NCBI RefSeq assembly: GCF_009914755.1
Contig: NC_060935.1
Reading direction: 5' to 3' (one strand)
DNA: 64,000 nucleotides
Origin: the human T2T-CHM13v2.0 reference genome, Homo sapiens
Shown: piece by piece, positions 50,836 to 64,000 of the stretch
Position numbering within the stretch: position 1 is the stretch's first letter
Layout: each line of letters begins with the position of its first letter
Notes under the pieces: generated by a model
Database searches by the model: none
Seen by the model: only the letters and a program-made list of their open reading frames with translations
Told to the model about the DNA's origin: nothing
Made by a program: the position numbers and the translations under genes

Positions 50836-51690
50836 TTAGTCATTCAACCAAAAAATATTTACTGAGCACCTTCTAGGTATTTAGGTATACAACAGAGCAA
50901 AACAGACAAAAATCCCTTCCCTCATAGAGCTTACATTTTAGTGAAAGAGGAAGAGGAGTCAGGTATCAAATAGGAAATATGAGTCGAGGATATATTTTAT
51001 GCAGAGCAGCCTGGAGGCCCTTGATAAGCTGACTTTTCAGCCAAAATCCAAAGCAGTGAGAGTTAGCCATGAAGACATTAGGTGAAGAATGTTCCAGGCA
51101 GAGGGAACAGCAAGGTCCAGAGACAGGACAAGGTCAAGCATGCCTGGCATGTTAAAGGAAACACCATGAGCTCAGTGTTTATAAAGAGGAGTAAGAGCAG
51201 GAGAGTAGCAGGAAGCACAGTGAGACAGGTAGTAGGGGACCAGATCATGTAGAAAACAAAGCCGCTGGAGAATTTGAACAGAGGGGTAAACATGATCTGA
51301 ATTACACTGTAAAAGGATTGTTCTAACTGTTGTACTGAGAGTAGACTGGGAGGGAGTGGTGGCTCATGCCTGTAATCCCAACACTTAAGAGGCCTGCCTT
51401 AGGGAGACTGAGGCAGGAGAATCACTTGAACCAAGGAGGTGGAGGTTGCAGTGAGCCAAGATCACAACATTGCACTCCAGCCTTGGCGACAAAGCAAGAC
51501 TGTCTCAAAAAAAAAGAGAGAGAGAGAGAGTAGACTGAAAGAGGCAAGCATGGAAACAAGGAAACCAGTTAGGAGACTATGGAGATAATCCAGGTGAGAG
51601 ATGATGGCAGATGGTTCCAGGGTGGCAGCAGTGAGGAGTGAAGGACAGACTCGGATATATTCTGAAGTTGAATCAACCAGACACTGGAGG
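50836..51690 (-). mobile_element. L2 3' region, antisense, interrupted by a short Alu
   Basis: CATTCAACCAAAAAATATTTACTGAGCACC start and typical antisense L2 body. Confidence 0.8.
51349..51513 (+). mobile_element. Internally deleted Alu (left-arm start fused to right-arm end)
   Basis: About 165 bp; TSD GAGAGTAGACTG at 51337 and 51526. Confidence 0.85.
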
Positions 51691-51955
51691 ACAGGATGAT
51701 CTTGGAAAATCTTGGGACTACTGCAGAATCGAATGAAGCTAAATGGCACTAAATTCCAAAATCCACTGTGAAATCCTGGGATCAGGGATTTGTTCATCTC
51801 TGTCACCTATTGTCCCCACCCAGTACTTGGCATATAATGCGGATGTAAAATGTCTTCAATTCTTGAATGAATAAATGTGGAACTGAATATATTAAAAAGC
51901 CAAAAACGCTGTAGTTTGATAGGTCATTAGGAGACCAAAAAGCATGTGGTACTAG

Positions 51956-52375
<420 letters not shown>

Positions 52376-52551
52376 TGAAGCTGACAAACAACTTCATATA
52401 ATACAGTTGAACATCTGAACAACTTGGCCATTTCCCTGAGAGGCCAGATGTAGTCACCAAACCTCAAACCACCTCATTAACTTCCAACTAAAATACAGGG
52501 ATAAATTTTACACAAGTAGTAAGCTCATGTTCTTATAAATAGCAAATCATG

Positions 52552-52881
<330 letters not shown>

Positions 52882-54137
52882 TTACATGGACAGGTGTTCA
52901 GAGCTTGTGTGGAGGCGTTGTGGATGAGGACGAAAGCCGGCTTGGAGACAATGGAGGCTAACTGGAGTTACTGGATGAAGAGAGGAGGGAAAGAGAGACA
53001 AAAGGAAAAGGGTAAGGGGAGTGGAACATTCGCCTCAGTGTGGAGGTCATCTCTGATTGCTGACAAAGGTCATCTCTGATTGCTGACAAAGGAAAATGTT
53101 GGAGAATGTCTGAAAATATTGCTAAAGGTTGGCAGTTTCAGAAAATCTTGTAATATTTCCTTTACTTTAAAAGAAAACTCAGCATCTCAAAGGGTTAGTA
53201 GGAGTTGTTCCCCACCCCCGCATTGGATTTCACAGTAGTTGAACCATTCAGCCACAGAAAATAACTCCAGTATGAACCACATTAGAATACTACCAATAAA
53301 GACATGGGACTCTCCTCTTCTGAGGTCGAGCGCTTCTATTCACTTGCTGCTCAGCCTCCTCTTCTGCCCATCCTCACCTCCTTTGCTGGCATCTCTTCCT
53401 CCCATGGAGGACTTCACACCCTCCTCACAGAGCCAGGTGCCACCTTCCACTCTTCGAGGCTCCATCATGTGCCTGGCTCCACCGCCTTCTCACATGTAAC
53501 TTCTACCTTTCACCAAGCTGAGGACACAGTGCACCCATGGTGTGTTTAAGGAGACAATTCTGATGGCCACAAAATTCTTTTGTCATGTGCTCTGTGATTT
53601 TAATTGTCCTGTCCAAACACTAATGCATGGTCCACGGTCAGGCCAAGTAAGGTTATGTTAAAATTAGGAACCACCAAGCACCTTTAATTCCTTCCAAGAT
53701 CTTTTATGAGTGGGACAAAGTCAAGGGCTGTCAATGATGGCAAGAGTGGAGATTCTCCTTCTGGTGACACCTGCTGTACTCTGGTGACGATGGCAGGTCC
53801 AGCACTGCTCCAGCACCCAATCCTTGCAGTGTCTTCTACAACACTTGCACATTCTTTATATAATACAGGTTTCGCATTCTCACTTTCTGCAATAACTGTC
53901 ACAACTGCCCCTAACAAAAATGGTGACTGCACTCCTCACAACCTTGAATTTGAGCTTTCTCTTCAGAAATGAAGTTTTCTACAGGTTTCATCATCTTCAG
54001 ATTAATGCAAACTGAAGATCTACCTTCAGGAATATTTTTCTTTCTCTATTACTTCCCTTAGCAAGAAATGTGTAACTTCCAATCTTCAATTCTTCACCAA
54101 TGCTTTGATTCTTCAGCTAAATCAAAAGCATGCTGAG

Positions 54138-56039
<1,902 letters not shown>

Positions 56040-56189
56040 TTATTTGCTCAACAGAGACTTATTAGATCTTTTTCTGTTAGGCTGTGATATTCGTGTGCAG
56101 GCCAGAATGACAGTATTTGCCATTTTAGGAACAGGGCACACATGAATAAACATTAAGGTCTAAAGGCAAATAGTAACTGTTATCCCTGA

Positions 56190-56400
56190 ACAGCTGAAAT
56201 GTGGCTACTTCAAACTGAAATATCCTGTGAGTATGAAAGACACACCAATTGTCAACAAAAAGAATATATGCAAATGAAGAATGTGAAATACTTCATTGTG
56301 TGTTTATTTATAATGATTTCAGGTTGAACTCGAAAATATAAAATTATGTATGTGGCTTGCATTTGCAGCACACATTGTATTTCTTTTGGATACCACCGGT
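56190..56400. mobile_element. MER3/MER33-like hAT remnant
   Basis: TGAAATGTGGCTACTTCAAACTGAAATATCCTGTGAGTATGAAAGACACACC motif by recall. Confidence 0.55.
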
Positions 56401-56417
56401 CAAAATTCAAAGCTTAA

Positions 56418-56697
56418 TGCCAGGTGCGATGACTCACATCTGTAATCCCAGCACTTCGGGAGGCTCAGGCAGAAGGATCACCTGAACCCAGCCTGGCCAA
56501 TATGGTGAAAACTCGTCTCTACACAAAATAAAAAACTTAACCAGGCATGGCTAACTTAGCCTGTAATCCCGGCTACTCGGAAGGCTGAGGCAGGAGAATT
56601 GCTTGAGCCTGGTTGCAGTGAGCCAAGATCACACCACTGCACTCCAGCCTGGGTGACAGAGTGAGACTCTGTATCAAAAAAAGAAAGAAAAAAAAAA
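56418..56697 (+). mobile_element. Alu with small internal deletions
   Basis: Dimer with A-rich tail. Confidence 0.9.
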
Positions 56698-57023
56698 CCT
56701 TGGGTTATCCCTACACTGCATCTGTTCATATTGATAAATCACAGAGTGCCTATATTGAGCTTCTGCAAAAGATTTTTTGGGGAGGTGAAGGAAGGAGCAG
56801 TTCCATCATGTAAAAGATTAATTTTTAAAAGCTTCAAGATTAATCTGTGCTTTTAAAAAGGATTTCACAACTATTTTACTTGTTGTATTTGTTCTTGGCT
56901 GAGTAACTTCAGTTGTATTGTGAGTAAGAAGTTTTGGTCTGTAAAAAACAGTTGATATTAATATTATAATAAAACATTTAGAAGATATTTACAGGTCTTT
57001 CTCACACAGCTTTGCACTGCTAA

Positions 57024-57326
<303 letters not shown>

Positions 57327-58311
57327 AATTTTTAAACATAATCCATTCTGCCTTCATTTTACAGTGAAAAAAAATCATTTTGGTGACTTGAATTTTGAAA
57401 ATAGCAATTTTCAGACATTCAGGCGAGACCACCTGGATGTCTCCAAAGTCATCTTTTTTGTAAGATAAATATGCAAAAGTCACTTTTCCCCCAAACCAGC
57501 CCAATTATATTTCTGAATCTTAGATGAACTGTCCCACAGCACAGCCAGAAGCAGCTTGCTGTATCATCTTAAACCTTTCCTCTCCCTTATAACTCAGTCC
57601 CAACGAATACACAGATGCACAACCTCAATCAGTAAGCAAGACTCTACCCACTTCAACATTCCTTCTATGAGTAGAGAGAGGCCTTCTGTTCCTATCCCCA
57701 AACACTCAAACTATTCATGTGTTACCCTTCAAAATCAAGCCAGATTAACTTTTCTAAAGGGCAGATCCAAATTATTTTAAGAGGAAACTGCTATGAGACC
57801 AGTTAATGACTGCCACTGCTTTTGTAGGAGCCAAGACCTTCCTCCATTTGGCCACAAAAGTCTATCTAAGCAGTCCCACCATGCCCACATGGCACTCCTC
57901 ACTCCACACAGAATGGGTAATGTATGTGAATATGTGAGCATATTTGACTCCTCTCTGCCTTTACTCATATTTGAAACACATTGCCTCCCTTCTGGATGCA
58001 CAAGTGACTGATCTGGGTGTGCCAACCTTGCCTTCTCCCCCAAAAATGCTCAATAACTCTTCATTGCATTTTTCTGAGTATTAAGCCTCCCAAGGACAGG
58101 GTTCTTGCTAGAACCAATTTTGCACAACTGATGCTTATACTAAATAAATGTTTGTTCAATAAATGAATCTAAATGTTAATTTTAATATAAAGGAGTCATG
58201 ATGAGAGGGGAACAAAAGGCCCATCTTGGTCAAATTAATCTCTCCTTAGGGAAGACAATGAATTTGTTTCTGCAGATTATCATCTTACCTCTTAATAACA
58301 AACTTAATTCA

Positions 58312-58497
<186 letters not shown>

Positions 58498-58633
58498 TTA
58501 TGTTTGTGTTGAAATCAGATTTTAGTACAATCCAAAGCAAGGTGCAGGTCAATTTTTTTAATTGGAAAAACTCTAGAAACATATTTACTAACTATTGAAA
58601 CAGACTTAAAGCAAAGGCAAGTATAAATGACCC

Positions 58634-61600
58634 ATCATTAGACAGATCAACGAGAGAGAAAATTAACAAGGATATTAAGGACTTGAACTCAGTTCTGGAC
58701 AAAGCAGACCTAATAGACATCTACAGAACTCTCCACCCAAATCCACAGAATATACATTCTTCTCAGCACTTCATCACACTTATTCTAAAATTGATCACAT
58801 AATTGGAAGTAAAACACTCCTCAGCAAATGCAAAAGAACGGAAATAATAACAAACAGTCTCTCAGACCACAGTGCAATTAAATTAGAACTCAGGATTAAG
58901 AAACTCACTCAAAACCACACAACTACATGGAAACTGAATAACCCGCTCCTGAATGACTAGTGGGTAAATAACAAAATTAAGGCAGAAATAAAGATGTTCT
59001 TCAAAACCAATAAAAACAAAGACACAACATACCAGAATCTCTGGCACACATTTAAAACAGTGTTTAGAGAGAAATTTATAACACGCAAGGCCCACAAGAG
59101 AAAGCAGGAAAGATTTAAAATTGACACCCTAACATCAAAATTAAAAGAACTAGAGAAGCAAGAAAAAACAAATTCAAAAGCTAACAGAAGACAAGAAATA
59201 ACTAAGATCAGGGCAGAACTGAAGGAGATAGAGACAAGAAAAACCCTCCAAAAATTCAATGAATCCAGGAGCTGATTTTTTGAAAAGATCAACAAAATAG
59301 ATAGACCACTAGCCAGAATAACAAAGAAGAAAAGAGACAAGAATCAAATAGATGCAATAAAAAAAATGATAAAGGGGCCATCACCACTGATCCCACAGAA
59401 ATACCAACTACCATCAGGGAATACTATAAATACCTCTATGCAAATAAACTAGAAAATCTAGAAGAAATGGATAAATTCCTGGACACATACACCCTCCCAA
59501 GTCTAAACCAGGAAGAAGCCAAATCCCTGAACAGACCAGTAACAAGTCCTGAAATTGAGGCAGTAATTAATAGCCTACCAACCAAAAGAAGTCCAGGACC
59601 AGACAGATTCACAGCTGAATTCCAACAGAAGTACAAAGTGGAGCTGGTACCATTCCTTCTGAAATTATTCTAAACAACAGAAAAAGAGGGACTCTTCCCT
59701 AACTCATTTTATGAGGCCAGCATCACCCAGATAAAACCTGGCAGAGACACAACAAAAAAGAAAATTTCAGGCCAATATCCCTGATGAACATCGATGTGAA
59801 AATCCTCAATAAAATACTGACAAATCAAATCCAGCAACACATCAAAAAGCTTATCCACCACAATCAAGTCAGCTTCATACCTGGGATGCAAGGCTTGTTC
59901 AACATACGCAAATGGACAAATGTAATCCATCACATAAACAGAACCAATGATAAAAACCACATGATTATCTCAATAGATGCAGAAAAGGCCTTCGACAAAT
60001 TTCAACACCCTTCATGCTAAAAACTCTCAATAAACTAGATATTGATGAAACATATCTCAAAATAATAAGAGCTATTTATGACAAACCCACAGCCAACATC
60101 ATGCTGAATGGACAAAAACTGGAAGCATTCCCTTTGAAAACTGGCACAAGACAAGGATGCCCTCTCTCACCACTCCTATTCAACATAGTATTGGAAGTTC
60201 TGGCCAGGGTAATCAGGCAAGAGAAAGAAAGAAAGCGTATTCAATTAGGAAGAGAGGAAGTCAAATTTCTGTTTCCAGGTGGCATGATTGTTTATTTAGA
60301 AAACCCCATCGTCTCAGCCCCAAATCGCTTTAAGCTGATAATCAGCTTCAGCAAAGTCTCAGGATACAAAATCAATGTGCATAAATCACAAGCATCCCTA
60401 TACACCAATAATAGAGAGCCAAATCATGAGTGAACTACCATTCACAACTGCTACAAAGAGAATAAAATGCCTAGGAATACAACTTACAAGGGATGTGAAG
60501 GACCTCTTCAAGGAGAACTACAAACCACTCCTCAAGGAAATAAGAGAGGACACAAATAAATGGAAAAACATTCCATGCTCATGGATAGGAAGAATCAATA
60601 TTGTAAAAATGGCCATACTGCCCAAAGTAATTTATAGATTCAATGCTATCCCTATCAAGCTACCATTGACTTTCTTGACACAATTGGAAAAAACTACTTT
60701 AAATTTCATATGGAACCAAAAAAGAGCCCGCATAGCCAAGACAATCCTAAGCAAAAAGCACAAAGATGGAGGTATCACGCTACCTGACTTCGAACTATAC
60801 TACAAGGCTACAGTAACCGAAACAGCATGGTACTGGTACTGAAACAGATATATAGACCAATGGAACAGAACAGAGGCCTCAGAAATGACATCACACATCT
60901 ACAACCATCTAATCTTTGACAATCCTGACAAAAACAAGCAATGGGGAAAGGATTCCCTATTTAATAAATGGTGTTGGGAAAACTGCTTGAGCCATATGCA
61001 GAAACTGAAACTGGACCCCTTCCTTACACCTTATACAAAAATTAACCCAAGATGGATTAAAGACTTAAACGTAAGACCTAAAACCATAAAAACCCTAGAA
61101 GAAAACCTAGGCAATACCATTCAGGGCATAGGCATGGGCAAAGACTTCATGACTAAAAGGACACCAAAAGCAATGGCAACAAAAGCCAAAATTGACAGAT
61201 GGGATCTAATTAAACTAAAGAGCACAGCACAGCAAAAGAAACTATCATCAGAGTGAACAAGCAACCTACAGAATGGGACAAAATTTGTGCAATCTGTCTA
61301 TCTGACAAACGGCTAATTTCCAGAATCTACAAAGAACTTAAACAAAATTACAAGAAAAAAACAACCCCATCAAAAGTGGGCAAAGGATATGAACAGACGC
61401 TTCTCAAAAGAAGACATTCATGCAGCTAAAGAACAGATGAAAAAAAGCTCATCATCAATGGTCATTAGAGAAATGCAAATCAAAACCACTCCAGTTAGAA
61501 TGGTGATCATTAAAAAGTCAGTAAACAGAAGATGCTGGAGGGGATGTGGAGAAATAGGAATGCTTTTACACAGTTGTTGGGCATGTAAATTAGGTTAACC

Positions 61601-62190
61601 ATTGTGAAAGACAGTGTAGCGATTCCTCAAGGATCTAGAACCAGAAATACCATTTGATCCAGCAATCCCATTACTGGGCATATACCTAAAGGATTATAAA
61701 TCATTCTGCTATAAAGATGCATACACAAGTATGTTCATTGTGGCACTATTCACAATAGCAAAAACTTGGAACTAACCCAAAAGTTCATCAATGATAGACT
61801 GGATAAAGAAAATGTGGCACATATACACCATGGAATACTATGCAGGCATAAAAAAGGATGAGTTCATGTCCTTTGCAGGAACATGGATGAAGCTGGAAAT
61901 CATCATTCTTAGCAAACGAATACAAGAACAGAAAACCAAAAACTGCATGTTCTCACTCATAAGTGGGAGTTGAACAATGAGAACACTTGGACACAGGGAG
62001 GGGAACATCACACATCGGGGCCTGTCGGGGGGTTGGGGGCTAAAGAAGGGATAGCACTAGGAGAAATACCTAATGTAGATGAGGGGTTGATGGGTGCAGC
62101 AAACAACCATGGCACGTGTGTATAGCTATGTAACAAAACTGCACATTCTTCACATGTACCCCAGAACTTCAAGTATAATAAAAATAAAAA
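58634..62190 (+). mobile_element. 5'-truncated L1 (L1PA6-8-like), ~3.55 kb, inactive
   Basis: ORF2 from the late endonuclease domain to the 3'UTR; RT motif destroyed (FPGG); older-type 3' end GATGGGTGCAGCAAACAACCATGGCACGTG. Confidence 0.95.
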
Positions 62191-62711
62191 TAATCACAAA
62201 ATCCTGCCCCCAATCCAAGGCCACAATTTAATTAAAGCCTATAAAACAGGACAAACAAAAAAATCACTCTGTTTACTTCACTCCACAACTTGTATGTGTG
62301 GCTTACAATGCATTTACTTTAATATCAGTCTTGATAAACTCTGGAGCAGAAAGCCAGGGGTAACCCACCTAATCCTTTCATGAAATGTCTCCAACATGGC
62401 CTCGAGTGTGTGGGATCTTTCTCAAGCCACCATGCTTGAGTGCCATTTGCTGATGGCCCTTCCCCATGAGTGAAGAAGCTGTGTCACTAGTTGAACACTA
62501 GGTACGAGAGAGCATGAGAATCATGCTTGCAGCTGTAGTTAGCTGGGGGGCTAGTGGAGGGCACTGCTCCATGATTGTATATTCTGAGTTCTCCCATTTT
62601 AATGATAACTGTGTATGTTTTCTATCTTTGAAGATACTTGCATGTTTACATATCAGAATCCCAAGGCTGAGAAATAAAAATTTTAAAAATTAAAATAATA
62701 ATAAGAAGAAT

Positions 62712-63042
<331 letters not shown>

Positions 63043-63206
63043 TCATTAACAGCCTGATTTTGGCAAATTTAAGTGCCCTGGTCCCAAGACAATCTTAATA
63101 ACTCTAAGATCTTAAAAGATTGAACTCTATTTTTCAATATCCTTAGGAAGAAGAGAGAGAAAGAAAATCATTATAGACAATAAAGAATACAACCTAAATA
63201 CTATTT

Positions 63207-63510
63207 GTTTTGTTTTTTTTCTTTTTTGAGATGGAGTCTTGCTCTGTCACCCAGGCTGGAGTGCAGTAGCATGATCTCGGTTCATTCCAACCCCTGCCTC
63301 CTGGGTTCAAGTGATTCTCTTGCCTGAGCCTCCTGAGTAGCTAAAATTACAGGTGCCCGCCACCATGCCTGGCTAACTTTTGTACTTTTCAGTAGAGTCA
63401 GGGTTTCACCATGTTGGCCAGGCTGGTCTCAAACTCCTAACTTCAAGTGATGCACCCATCTCTGCCTTCCAAAGGGCTGCGATTACAGGCATGAGCCACT
63501 GCGCCCGGCC
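63207..63510 (-). mobile_element. AluS, antisense
   Basis: Reverse-complement Alu; AAATACTATTTG occurs on both sides. Confidence 0.93.
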
Positions 63511-63669
63511 TGCAAATACTATTTGGAAGCAGCCTTTTGCTATGAACTGTTCATGACTGTAATAACCCTCCTCCATTGGCTGCTGCAAACTGGCACATTT
63601 CAGGCTAAACTTTCATCTACACTGAAACAACAAGATCAATGTTCTTTACCCCTTCAACCTCGTGAGCAA

Positions 63670-63689
63670 GATATATATATATATATATA
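63670..63689. repeat. (TA)n microsatellite
   Basis: About 9-10 TA units. Confidence 0.9.
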
Positions 63690-63868
63690 AAAACTCTGCA
63701 CATAGAATTCATGAATTGGGAAATAAAAAAAGTAAGCAGAGGCCAGTTTAGATTACAAGAAGCATAACAACCAAAGTTAGCACGTGAAGATTTTTTGGAT
63801 CCAGATTTAAAGCAAAATTTTTCAGATAATGAGAAAATGAGATACCGTCCAGGTAAGAGTGAGAAACT

Positions 63869-64000
63869 TGGCTGGGTGTAGTGGCTCATGCCTGTAATCC
63901 CAGCACTTTGGGAGGCCGAGGTGGCAGGATCACCTGAGGTCAGGAGTTCAAGACCAGCCTGGCCAATATGGCAAAACCCCATCTCTACTAAAAATACAAA
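63869..64000 (+). mobile_element. AluS left arm, cut by the window end
   Basis: GGCTGGGTGTAGTGGCTCATGCC..TACTAAAAATACAAA. Confidence 0.95.

Overview
Primate, very probably human, non-coding genomic DNA made mostly of interspersed repeats. I can support no host protein-coding gene, RNA gene or CRISPR array. Nearly all ORFs in the track are read-throughs of Alu, L1, THE1 or alpha satellite. Layout: (1) an Alu-dense block at 1-8.4 kb; (2) a ~5.5-kb island of diverged monomeric alpha satellite (~32 monomers of ~171-172 bp, no CENP-B box seen), fused to a tail-less Alu; (3) an Alu-poor, LTR/L1-rich block at ~14-43 kb, with an L1PA2-like insert, a twin-primed L1, a Ricksha MULE inside MLT2, an LTR5A solo LTR and a full THE1 provirus; (4) a full-length dead L1PA at 43.6-49.8 kb with no recognisable target-site duplication (TSD); (5) a second Alu-rich block holding a recent 801-bp Alu-Alu tandem duplication with a chimeric Alu, plus a 3.5-kb truncated L1. 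I found no convincing new gene system. The most notable signals are structural or evolutionary. Repeat subfamily names come from my recall of consensus sequences, not from a search, and boundaries of old repeats are approximate.
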